Source of the DNA: Mobula hypostoma
Taxonomy: Eukaryota
Direction of reading: 5' to 3'
NCBI RefSeq assembly: GCF_963921235.1
Contig: NC_086107.1
Coordinates: 45,694,001-45,758,000, forward strand
DNA: 64,000 nucleotides
Shown here: piece by piece, positions 26,645 through 38,400 of the stretch
Position numbering within the stretch: the stretch's first letter is position 1
Layout: every line of letters starts with the position of its first letter
Position numbers and translations under genes: made by a program
The notes under the pieces: model-generated
What the model was told of the DNA's origin: nothing
Database searches by the model: none
Seen by the model: only the letters and a program-made list of their open reading frames with translations

Positions 26645-27485
26645 TGTCACGTACCCCATAACTGGGTTGTCAAACCAGCAGAAATGGAACACTCATTGGA
26701 GTCTGTGATTACTAGAAACTAATAAAGTTTTATTAACAAAAATAAGTAATACAGTACACTCACCACAAGGATATAAATGTAACAGGTTAGCAATGATAGT
26801 ATACACATATACACAGACATAGGGTAATAGGAATCAACCAAACTCTATCACAGTCTAGGGGTAAAATGATCAGTCTTAAGGTGAAGCAGAGTTCAGATCA
26901 GTCTAGTGTAGTTTGAAGTAATCGCTGTCGTTGTACCATTAGAGAGAGAGAGAGTGAGAGATACAGCTGAGGTTGCAGGTAAACCTTTCGATGCCTTCTG
27001 ATCCCACTGTGGTCACTGACTGTGACCCCTCCGTTCCAGATGCACCATTCTTCCGTGGTGAACCCGGCACCCAGGCAAAGGTGGACACACAACAGGTCCC
27101 CACCGGTCGTACCTTTACACCCTGTGAGCCTCTGACTGATTCCCACGAATCAGTCCTCCAGACTCCCACCATCTTGTGGGGCACAATGCTCTTTCCAGGG
27201 TCTCGTGGCGTGTGTGTTGTGCCTTAACAAACCCCCTATTTTTATCTCCCTGATGGGGTATCACCCGTCCATCAAACTTCACACTTCCTATTGTCTCAGC
27301 AGGATTGTTAATGAACAGTTCAGGTTCAAAGCAAACTGTCTGTGGCAGACACCACATACTGAATTATGTGTTTCTCGCTCTCGTTCTCTCTCTCATTAGC
27401 ATTTTGAATGGCTCTCTGTTGTCTCTCATTATCTCTCTTGTTAACATCATCCATTCTGCAGCTGTGCTTGGCTTCACACATGACA
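26645..27485 (-). mobile_element. Solo LTR, related to the LTRs of element B, inserted in the 3' LTR of element A
   Basis: TGTCA...TGACA termini. Shares gtacccc.taactgggttg.caaaccagcagaaatgg with 27848 and 31917. Degenerate 4-bp TSD (ctta/cctg). The host LTR resumes exactly after it. Confidence 0.88.
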
Positions 27486-27847
27486 CCTGTCTCAATCACT
27501 ATTCATTGTTGCCGGTTACGTAACAAGGGAAACACTTCGCATCTAGTGATCATAATGGCATTAGTTTCAAAATAAGTATGGAAAAGAATGGGTCTGGTCA
27601 TGGGTTGAGATTCCAAATTGTAAATACACCAATTTTTATGGTATCTGAAAAGATCTGGCAAGCTTGGACTGGGACAGGCGGTTTTCTGGCAATGGCATAC
27701 TTGGTAAGAGGGTGGCCTTCAAAGCTGAAATTATGAGTACAAAGCTTGTAAATCCAACAAGTTTAGGGAACCTTAGATTTCAAAGGTATGGAGGCTCTAG
27801 GTAAGAAAATAAAGGGAGGTGCATAGCAGACATATGCATATAGGAAC

Positions 27848-30800
27848 TGTTAGGTACCCGGTAACTGGGTTGCCAAACCAGCAGAAATGGATCACTCAGT
27901 TGGAGTCTGGATTACTGGAACTAAGAAAGTTTTATTAAAGAAATAAGCAACACAGTACTCTAATCAAAAGAATAATAAATGCAACAGTTCAGCAATGATA
28001 AACACACATGTCCACAGAACTAGGATAATAGGATCAATCAAGCTCTATCATCGTCTAGGGGTAAATGACCAGTTTCAAAGTGATGCAAGGGGGAGAGGGG
28101 GAGGGGGAGGGGTAGGGGGAGAGGGAGGGGGAGAGAATGAATATTCAAAATTGGATTCCAAACAGACCTTCGATATTCCTCACAGTCAGCTTTCGGGCGA
28201 GCTCTTTGTAATGTCTTCTGAGGTCACTGACTGTGACCCCTCCGTTTCAGATACGATCGTTCCTCTGCAGTGAACCTGGCATCCAGGCAAGGGCGGACAC
28301 ACACCAGGTTCCCACTGATCGTACCTTTCCACCCTGTGCGTCTATGGCTTGGTCCCGTGACCAGCCCTCCAAAAACTCCGACTGACTTGTGGGAGGCGCA
28401 CCGCTTCCAGGGTCTCGTTACCTCGTGGTGTCCTGTATGTCCTGCCTTAGCGAACCTGTCCCTTTTTATCCCCCTGCTGGGGTATCGCCTGTCCATCACA
28501 CTTCAAACAGTTCAGGGTTCAAAAAGGAGCCGATTTTGACAGTTCTCAGACCGGTGTCTCCTTCCGTTAAACTCTCTCGTCTCTTCATTAACATTTCCAA
28601 ATGCTGCTCCATTGTCTTCCTTATCTCTCTTTCTCCTGAAGACAGGTGGCAGATCAACTGCTGATCCCACTGGTGCCAGCACAGGACAGTTAACATCTTA
28701 ATCTATGTGTACTTTTTGTAACCCTCTTTCGTCACACCCCTCACCTTTAAGGATTTTTACCGGGGTAAAAATTACAAACATGAATACATTATTAGATACA
28801 CACAAATATACATCTTCATCAGCTATTTGGCTAATACAGAGAATTTTAAGTTGTCAACACCTGACAGACAGTCAGCAATCACATTTTCTGTTCCTTTTAT
28901 ATGTGTTATTTTAATAATCCTTTAAACCAGGCTCCAATTTAGTAAACTTCATAGTGGCCAAAAACACTGATGAATTGTAATTAGTGTAACCTCTCATTGG
29001 GTTTCGTCCCGGACCACGATAACAAGGGTCATCCCATCCTGACTTAGTTTTCTTTCGCAAGGGCTTAGGAGGGGAAGGGGTAGTAACCGCAAAGTTATTG
29101 CAAAACTTCCTACAGTACCCCACCACCTCCAAGAGCGTTCTGAGGGCCCTCTTGTCTGTCGGGGTTGGGATGTCAGAGATAGCCCGCACCTTAGCTTGCA
29201 TCGCTGCCAGCTGCCCCTGTGTTACCATAATTCCCAGATAAGTGACTTTCGTGTGGCCAAACTCACTTTTTTCGAGGCTCACTATCAAGCTGGCTTCAGA
29301 CAGCCGTATTGTATCACCAATATACACTTCTGTGTTCGTTAGCCCTTTCGTCACTGAATTACTCATTCTATAGGGCTGTTGCTCACTAGGCTGACCTAGC
29401 GTGACAAACACCACCCAACGTCCCAGTTCTTTGCATCGCCTCGGGACAATCAAACACACGTGTGCGAGCCGTTTAATTAATTCCCCTAAAGGGTCACTTT
29501 GTTCGGGGATTAAGGGAGAGACCTTATCAGCAGAGCTGGCCAAAACAATAGCCTTCTCCCATCTGGTCGATACCATACTCATCTTTTCAAAATGGTTTTT
29601 TTCCTTATCAGGGGCACCCTAGCTTCACTGATTTCCGCGCTAACACCGACTAGGTTCGTTAGCATATCAAAAGCCTGTGACCGTCTCAGTTCGCGTCTGC
29701 CATAATCAATAACATCCTTCCTCCTGTGCAGCCAGTAAACCTCTTTCATGATTCCGCCAACTGTTTCCTTCAGCACCTCAAAATGTCCACCGAGGGGTAC
29801 CTTGTGGGCCAGGTTAAAAATCTCATCCCCAGAGATTTTTGGCACCATCCCCCATTCCTCATCTGTGGTACTTGGTCTCCCTTCCTTAGCACCTCCTCCT
29901 TCACACCATAGCCTACTGGCTCTCTTCCTAACTCTGTTTCACAGCGAGCTGTTTCCTTGTCTCGCTCCTGTGCCTGTATAAAGTCCTTCTTTTCTAATGA
30001 TAAATCTCCCTTAATTTCCCCACTTCCTCCTGTTTCATTACACTCCTTCTTTTCACTTTCTACCTCCCCCTCGTACAAGGCTGGCAGAAATGTCTCAGCT
30101 AACTTATATCAGCCTCTGCAGCCCTCCTCGACATCTGCCGAGTTACTGCGCAAACGGGATAAACCTGCGAGTCCATGGGCGGGGCCTCAATGCTGGCAGG
30201 CTGAATTGTCAATCTCACGGCTGAGAACACAATTCCCCTCACGAGGTCATTACCGAGTAAGACTTCCATCGGTAATTCGGGCCTCACCCCGATCGTGACT
30301 AGTCCAGAGACCAAGTTGCTTTGTAGGTGTATCTGGTACAAAGGGACAGCCTCAGTCTCTTCCCCAACACCTTTGACCCCGACCTCCCCAGTCTGGGTCT
30401 CTGAACTAAACTCTAACACACTCTTCAATATCAATGACTGACATGCTCCCGTGTCTCTCCAGATCCGCACTGGAACTGGGTTTAACCCCTCCTTCTCCAA
30501 CACCAATCCGGCCGAGATAAACCTCTTGTGCCCTTCCTGAACTTTGGCAGACCTTTCCTCTCCTAGCGGTTTGTTTACCAGCTCGATACAGCCAGTCAAA
30601 ATCGCCGTTTTTCCTTTTCCCGTCTCCTTCTTTGGGGCAAAGCACCTGGACGCAAAGTGTCCGACTTTCCCACAATTATAACAGACGACCCCAGGGGACT
30701 TCCTACCAAACTGCTCCCGGTCCACCTTATCCTTCTCACTAGTCCCTGGCTTACTTACTGACTTTTCTGGCGGACTCTCCCCGCTGTCCTGACTACCCTT

Positions 30801-32827
30801 CTGGTAGCCTTTACTCAGAGCAAACTTCATTTTATGCGTCAACACGTACTCATCCGCTAACTTAGCAGTTGCGGCTAACGTGGCTGCCTCTTTCTCATCT
30901 GGGTAGGGTCTCATACCTTCAGGGACACAACTTTTAAACTGCTCAATCAGGATCAGCTGTAGCAGTCTGTCATAATCCCCCTCTACCCCCTTCGAGGCGC
31001 ACCAACGCTCACAATATGTCTGCATCTCACAGGCAAACTCTAAATACGTGCGGTCCCACTGCTTCCTCGCATTCTGGAACCTCTGCCGGTATGCCTCCGG
31101 GACCAACTCATAAATCCTGAGGATGGCCCCTTTCACCACATCATACCTCTGGGCATCTTCCGCGGACAAAGCTGAGTAAGCTTGTTGGGCTTTCCCTTTT
31201 AGTACACTCTGAAGCAAAACAGCCCACTTAACCCTCGGCCAGTCCTGACGTAGCAACTTTTTCAAAATGGAGAAAGTACCGATCCACATCAGTATCGTCA
31301 AATGGGGGAACCAGCCTAACCTCCTGTGTTGCCCGGAACCCTCTACCTTGGTTCGGCACGGGCCCCTGCTCTGCCATCATCTTTAACTTCTCCAGCTCAA
31401 ATTCCCTTTCCCTCTGCCTCTCTTCTTGCTCCAACTGTCTGTCCCTCTTTTCTCGTTCTGTCTGTCCCTCGCTTCTCGTTCTAACTGCCTCTCTTTCTCC
31501 TGCCGTTCCAACTGCTTCTCTCTCTCTTCGTGTTCTAGTTGCCGTACCCGGAACTCGTGCTCGAGTCTCAGTTTTTCAAGCTGCACCTGTACTGCGTCTC
31601 CACTAGGTTTTCCAATAGGTAACACCTCCAGCTCCCCTTGGGAAAACACACCTTTAGATACATAGTGCTCTACGATAGCTCTGTGCATCTCCTCTCTCCA
31701 CATTGTCGACTTCCCCTTAACAAGATTCAACCGTTTTGCCACAGCTGCCAATTCCGCTTTCCTGGCATCCTCTAATGCCTCCAAGGTCGGCGGCTTTAGA
31801 AATTCCTCAATCTCCATTTCTGCTGTTTGCCTTTTCTTTCTTTCGGGAATTTTAACCCAATCAATTTACTCCGTCCCAAATTTAGCGTTTGAAATCCTGG
31901 ACGAGAACCCCACTTATGTTAGGTACCCTGTAACTGGGTTGCCAAACCAGCAGAAATGGATCACTCAGTTGGTGTCTGGATTACTGGAACTAAGAAAGTT
32001 TTATTAAAGAAATAAGCAACACAGTACTTTAATCAAAAGAATAATAAATGCAACAGTTCAGCAATGATAAACACACATGTCCACAGAACTAGGATAATAG
32101 GATCAATCAAGCTCTATCGTCGTCTAGGGATAAATGACCAGTTTCAAAGTGACGCAAAGTTCAGTTCAATTGAGTTCAGTTTCCAGTAATCACTGCCGTG
32201 GGAGACGGAGAGGGAGAGGGAGAGAATGAATATTTAAAATCGGATTCCAAACAGACCTTCGATATTCCTCACAGTCAGCTTTCGGGCGAGCCCTTTGTAA
32301 TGTCTTCTGAGGTCACCGACTGTGACCCCTCCATTTCAGATACAATCGTTCCTCTGCAGTGAACCTGGCACCCAGGCAAGGGCGGACACACACCAGGTTC
32401 CCGCCGATCATATCTTTCCACCCTGTACGTCTATGGCTTGGTCCCGCGACCAGCCTTCCAAAACAACTCCCGCCGACTTGTGGGAGGCACACCACTTCCA
32501 GGGTGTCGTTACCTCGTGGTGTCCTGTATGTCCTGCCTTAGCGAACCTGTCCCTTTTTATCCCCCTGCTGGGGTATCGCCTGTCCATCACACTTCAAACA
32601 GTTCAGGGTTCAAAAAGGAGCCGATCTTGACAGTTCTCAGACCGGTGTCTCCTTCCGTTAAACTCTCTCGTCTCTTCATTAACATTTCCAAATGCTGCTC
32701 CATTGTCTTCCTTATCTCTCTTTCTCCTGAAGACAGGTGGCAGATCAACTGCTGATCCCACTGGTGCCAGCACAGGACAGTTAACATCTTAATCTATGTG
32801 TACTTTTTGTAACCCTCTTTCATCACA
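27848..32827 (-). mobile_element. Gmr1-like LTR retrotransposon B, internally deleted non-autonomous element (4980 bp)
   Basis: LTRs at 27848-28736 and 31917-32827. TSD GAAC at 27844-27847 and 32828-32831. tRNA-Pro-like primer-binding site tggggttctcgtccaggat. Polypurine tract ggtgagggg. Gag with SCAN and CCHC, and protease WRDTGA, in ORF 30099-31301. Only fragments of integrase, RT and RNase H remain. Confidence 0.93.
30099..31817 (-). pseudogene. gag-protease of element B, nearly intact but split by frameshifts
   Basis: ORFs 31383-31817, 31228-31434 and 30099-31301: coiled coil, PEAYRQRF...LILIEQF SCAN-like domain, CYNCGKVGHFASRC, RDTGA. Confidence 0.87.
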
Positions 32828-34880
32828 GAACAAATGAGGTCCTTATGGAGTACAAGAAATGCAAGAGAACACTTAAGAAAGAAATTAGGAGGACGAAAAG
32901 AAGGCATGAGGTTGCCCTAGCAGACAACGTGAAAGAGAATCCCAAGGGATTCGATAGATAAGTTTCAAGCAGAAGGATTGCAAGGGATAATGTGTTCCCT
33001 TGGACCCTGCGGGAGACAAGTACTGAGATTGCAGGGGCCCTAACAGAGAGGTTTAAATTGTGTGGTACAACAAAGGGATCTGGGAATACAACTCCATCAT
33101 TCATTGATAGTGGTGGCACAGGTAGATAGGGTCATAAAGAAAGCTGTTGGTACATTGACTTTCATAATTCAAAGTATTGAGTACAGGATATGGGATCTTA
33201 TGTTAAAGTTGTACAAGATGGTTAGTGAGGCATAATTTGGAGTATTGGGTGCAGTTTTGGTCACCTACCTACAGGAAAGTTGTAAATAAGGTTGAAAGGG
33301 TACAGAGAAAACTTACAAGGATATTGCCAAGACTGAAGGACCTGAGTTATAGGATTGAATAGGTTAGGGCTTTATTCCTTGGAATATAGAGGACTGGGGG
33401 GAGATTTGATAGAGGTACACAAAATCACAAGGGGTATAGATAGGGTCAATGCAAGCTGAGGTTGGGTGGAACTACAACTACAGGTCATGGGTTAAGGGTG
33501 AATAGTGAAAAGTGTAAGGGGAACACAAGGGGAATCTTCCTCACTTGTGAGCAGGTGGAACAAGTTGCCAGTGCAAGTGGTGCGTGCAAGCTCAATTTCA
33601 ATGTTTAAGAGATGTTTGTATAGGTATATGGATGGCAAGAGTACAGAGGGCTACGGTCTGGTTGCAGATTGACGGGACCAGGCAATTGAAATGGCTCAGC
33701 ATGAACTATATGGGGTGAAGGGCCCATTTTTGTACTGTACTTTTGTATGACTCTTTTACTCAACTATTTTTCCAAATACAAGTTAATTTTTGTTTGTTAC
33801 CCATTAAGCAACACTATTTATATTCCTGCCCAGACTGATACAACCAAAGTGCATACTCTTGAGATATTCACGTGAAACAAAACTAATTATTTCAAATTAT
33901 GAAGAATATTCATCACTCCCTGGCCTGTTAGCACTTCTTACTGTACACTAATAGGCATCAACTGGAATGTGCCTGTACTCAGATGACTTAATTTTTTGAA
34001 TCAAACATGTTTTAACCCAAAAAACTTTTCTAGAGAAATTCCCTAGAAGACAATTTTGTATATTAGTCACTTATGAGGGTACATTTGGAAATTATTAACA
34101 AAAAATCAGTTTTAATATCCTTTGATATAAAATTCAATGCCTAACTTTAATTCAATAACTAAAGCCTACAAAACAAAAGGTAGATAGGTTACAAAGTAAC
34201 ATTAAAAAAATACTGCGACAAATAACAGGATGGTAAGTGAAGAAACCATATTTCAATGCATTGTTCAATGTTGAGGGGTAACTTAACAAGAAGTGACAAA
34301 ATATTTGCCATTAACATAAGTATCTGAATTTGCAATAGTTACATTATCAAAATAGTAATTCTAATTAATAAAAAATCATTCCAATTAGGCAGAAATCAAT
34401 ATTTCAAAAAACTAGATAACATGCCAGTAGATCAGATATTCCAATGATAAGGCAGCCTGGTGAATAGATTTCTGAATCATTCCTTGATCTAGTTGTATCT
34501 GCACACATGAAAAGTGGTTAACTCCTGATACCAGGGTGACAGGCAAGGGACATAGAGGTAGTTATCTCTAGACAAAAACTAACATTTAACTTTAACAGAT
34601 TTCTTCAGACAGTTATAATCAGACTTTTTTTTCCTCCCCACTTATGTTGAAATTGTCATAATCTGATTTGTGAAACAAAGTTGGATTTTGTGATGTCATA
34701 TGAACTTGTTAACATACATAAGGACCAAAATATATTACCAGGCCCAACAGAAAAATGGAGTCATGCACTGCATTAACTACAATGAGTTCAAAATAGTTAT
34801 TCAGAAATCTTCAATGTTTCTCAATCAATAAATCTAATACACAAGATATTGTAAAAGAAATGCATGTTAAATTATACAAA

Positions 34881-34886
34881 TTTATT
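34881..34886 (-). terminator. Candidate polyadenylation signal of the PPP1R15-like gene
   Basis: AATAAA on the minus strand about 365 nt after the stop codon, followed by U/GU-rich sequence. Confidence 0.55.
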
Positions 34887-35250
34887 TTGTTGTAATGTTG
34901 AAATGTAATAATTGAACAGACAAAACCAGAATGGAGAAGCAGTTCTACATGAGCTTTAGTTTCTGGCATCTATTTAATGAACATTGCAGCATTGAAGACA
35001 GTGCAAGCTCTTCCATTATCAAGATTAGAAAATATTCTTGATTCAAAGCTTGGCCTACACATATGGAACCAATGTTAATTTGCAAAGTGCATCAGAATTT
35101 CACATCTCCATCAGGCCAACTTGGAAAGATCCATCAATGTCCCAGATAGTTCATGACTAGCTACTGCAACATTGTTATAACCATATAATCTAAATGGTAA
35201 AAAGGAGATCACAGTCCATCAAGTCCTTTTTACACTCAGTGGCTACAGAA

Positions 35251-35469
35251 TTACACTACATAATTCTGTGAATTGTGAATTTTTTCCCAGATTTTCAATC
35301 TGTGATCCTTTTGGAGACAATAACCAATTGCCATTTCTGTGTTCCGCACCCTGTCTAGGAACCTTAATCTGTCATGAGCTGCCTGTATCCAATGTCCCTT
35401 CCGAGCTTCACGCAAAGCGAAGGACCACGCCACCATTGTGTGAACTTCAACAACAGGAGAAAATCTCAG
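35251..35469 (-). CDS. PPP1R15-like exon 3: PP1/eIF2alpha-binding C-terminal domain
   Basis: Acceptor ttttctcttccag|CTG AGA TTT. Translates LRFSPVVEVHTMVAWSFALREARKGHWIQAAHDRLRFLDRVRNTEMAIGYCLQKDHRLKIWEKIHNSQNYVV*. Confidence 0.95.
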   Translation of the reverse strand: MRFSPVVEVHTMVAWSFALREARKGHWIQAAHDRLRFLDRVRNTEMAIGYCLQKDHRLKIWEKIHNSQNYVV

Positions 35470-38400
35470 CTGGAAGAGAAAATAATCAAAATATTAAAAC
35501 TTTAAAATAACTGAAGCTTTTGGTTCACAAACAAATTGCCACGCTGTTCTGCAGGCAGGCAGTGTTGGAACATGAATGGGGCATTCAACCCTTCAAGTCT
35601 ATTTTGTACTCCATTGATCTTGCATCAGCAGCTTATTGCAGAAGATATTTGACCATTTCAGAAAATCTCAAACTATGCTTAAAAGTTTCTTTTCCAATAG
35701 CCCCTTCCCTTCCTTCCAGTTCTAATTCAAACAAATCTTGGAAATTAAAATGATACCAGAGCAAGCTGATTTGCATAGTAGGCACACAGGTGAGGATGAA
35801 TAAAGATCTCCCGATCACTATCTAAGTGCCTATACCATAAGCATACTCGTTGCTCAAAGTACAATCAAGGATAATCAAGGACATGACCCACCCGCCAACA
35901 CACTTTTCGTCCCTCTTCCCTCCGGGAGAAGGCTCAGGAGCTTGAAGACTCATACGGCCAGATTTGGGAACAGCTTCTTTCCAACTGTGATAAGACTGCT
36001 GCACGGATCCTGACCCGGATCTGGGCCAAACCCTCCAAATATTCGGACCTGCCTCTTGGTTTTTTTGCACTACCTTACTTTTTATTTTTCTATTTTCTAT
36101 TTATGATTTATAATTTAAATGTTTAATATTTACTAACTTTTACTATTTTAAATATTTGTAATCTAGGGAGTGTGAAGCGCACAATGAAATATCGCTGTGA
36201 TGATTGTACGCTCTAGTACCAATTCTTTGGCGACAATAAAGTATAAAGTATACAGCAGAGACAGGAACATACTCCAACAATTCAACAGATCAACTGGCAA
36301 GCCAGTATAAATCCTTCAGAATATGTACAGACGAACAAAAGAAAATAGAATTAACATATTCAAAGCAACACACACAAAACACAAGAGGAACTCAGCAAAT
36401 CAGGCAGAATCTATGAAAATGAAAAAACAGTTGACATTTTGGGTGAAGACCCTTCTTCAGGACTGAAGGAAGGGAGAAGACAACACCAGAATAAAAAGGT
36501 GGGGGGGGTGGGGGGAGGAGGCTAGTTGGAAAGCAATAGGTGAAGCTGGGTGGGTGGGAAAGGTCAAGGGCTGGAGAAGAAGGAATCTGATAGGAGAACA
36601 GAGTAGACCATAGGAGAAATTAAGGGGACCCAGGGTAAAGTGAATAGAGATAAAAGGTCAGATTGGGGAACAGAGGATGGGGGTAATTTTTTTTTAAACC
36701 AGGAGAAATTAATATTCATGCCATCAGGTTGGAGTTCCTCAGATGGAACATAATGTGTTGCTTCTCCACCCTGAGGCCATGGACTAGTATATTCAGCTGG
36801 ACTTCTCACACACTAAGGGTCTTAACTATTAATCATTCCTCTGCTTCCAACAGATGCTACTCAATCTATTGAGTTCCTCCAGTAGCTTTTTTTTTTTTAA
36901 AATTGTTCCAGATTCTTGCATTGCAGTTTCATTTGTAAACCTATTCACCTTGCTGGTTGATGAACTCCTTCACAATGCCACTAAATGCTCAATGTTACTA
37001 CACTGTTGAATGAATTTACATCAATAATGTCACATCCGTGGCAATCAGGTGTATACATCTTGTATTTCAGGCAAGCTTCTGATCATTGCATCTGTTTAAA
37101 ATACTTTACCTTGATACATAAAGTTCATTTTCCATCTAAACTTCAACCAATGCAAATCCAGAAAATATTCTTTCTTTGCTAACCTGTCAGCCATGGCCAT
37201 AAGCCTCCAACAATACCTTGTATTTAACTATGCATGGAAACATTGCGGAATGAAGCTTTGGTTTTGAACTGCGGATGATAGCCCAGTTTATTAAGAAAAA
37301 CTAATAACCAACTTATTACAGCTAAAAGATGACTAAGCAGCAAACATCATACTTACAAAATATCATGTAGCCATTTATCATGTTATGCTTCATATTACTT
37401 AATACAGTTAAGATGTCCTTTATTAGGAAAGTACACAATAACCATTAACATGAAGGTCTGAATGAGCAGTTAATCATTGGTCAGATTACTATGGATACTC
37501 CCAATTTATTTTAAGTGCAATATACAATTCCTCACTGATGCAAGCGAACAATAACAGTGACACTGAGCAAACAACAGTACTTAGAAAGAGAATTACAAAC
37601 AGTTTTAGTATGTCAACATGGATGCTTGATTAAATAATTGTAAATTTGGAAATAATTCATAAAGTAAAAAAGTTGTTTCAGGTTAAAAACTTGAACCTTC
37701 TAGTAAATGATACACTTAGAGGGCAAAATTAGGCTTGGGTATAATGTGTTGTGATATGGTGAAAGCCATTCTTGAATGTTGCATCAACTGCCTTTAGTTA
37801 CAATGGCAGCAGCGGTTCTACTGTTGCAAATGCAAACATGATGCCATGCTTCATTTATTCATCTGGGTGACCTTTGAACTTACTCTTCCAATGCAAAGAA
37901 CCAACCTATACTGAGGGAAGCAAACTTGAATGAAGTATTTTGAATATATTACCAAAGAACATAAGGAACAGAATCAAACACAGATTATGTGTCTCATTGA
38001 CACAAGTCTTGGCCAAAACATTGACTGTTTATTCCCCTCCATTGATGCTGCCTGATCGGAGTTCCACCATCATTGTGTGTATATCTCTCATTTAGACTGC
38101 TTGCTATGCCATTAACCTCAACGGTTTAATTCTATAGCCCTCTATTCCCGGAGAGCCACAAATCCTTGCACCTTCTGGACATTTACAAAGTAAAAAGCTT
38201 TCCTACCATTACATCTATGGTTGCCTGACCTGTCACAGTGACAGTCACTTTCTACAAACCAAACTAAAACACTACCCAAGGTAAGGGACATCACAGTACT
38301 CTGGATCAAAGCATCCATATTCTGAAATTTGCCTCAAAAATTCTGAATCAAGCCTCCTTGAGTGACAAACATTTACAGCAAATGTACTGGCTAAACAAAT

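Larger units (their letters stand above)
15336..27525 (+). mobile_element. Gmr1-like Ty3/Gypsy LTR retrotransposon A, degenerate; 3' LTR interrupted by an L1 and a solo LTR
   Basis: TG...CA LTRs at 15336-16200 and 20508-27525. 4-bp target-site duplication (TSD) AGGG at 15332-15335 and 27526-27529. tRNA-Pro-like primer-binding site at about 16208. Polypurine tract ggagtgagg before 20508. Domain order gag(SCAN, CCHC)-protease-integrase-RT-RNase H. Confidence 0.93.
13900..33755 (+). mobile_element. Old CR1 LINE split into three pieces (about 13900-15335, 27526-27847, 32828-33755) by two LTR retrotransposon insertions
   Basis: ORF1 esterase (SGNH) remnant DGLHLNW at 14400-14642. ORF2 endonuclease remnants read through both insertions (gaagtttgtgtaggg|aaacacttcgcatctagtgatcat; taggaac|aaatgagg). 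RT and 3' end at 33100-33755. The 5' boundary is approximate (CCAAT-rich region). Confidence 0.8.

Noticed and set aside
30099-31301. 400-aa SCAN/CCHC ORF as a domesticated host gene
   Set aside because: It lies between paired LTRs with primer site, polypurine tract and TSD, and gag is frameshifted upstream. The same applies to 16306-17136.
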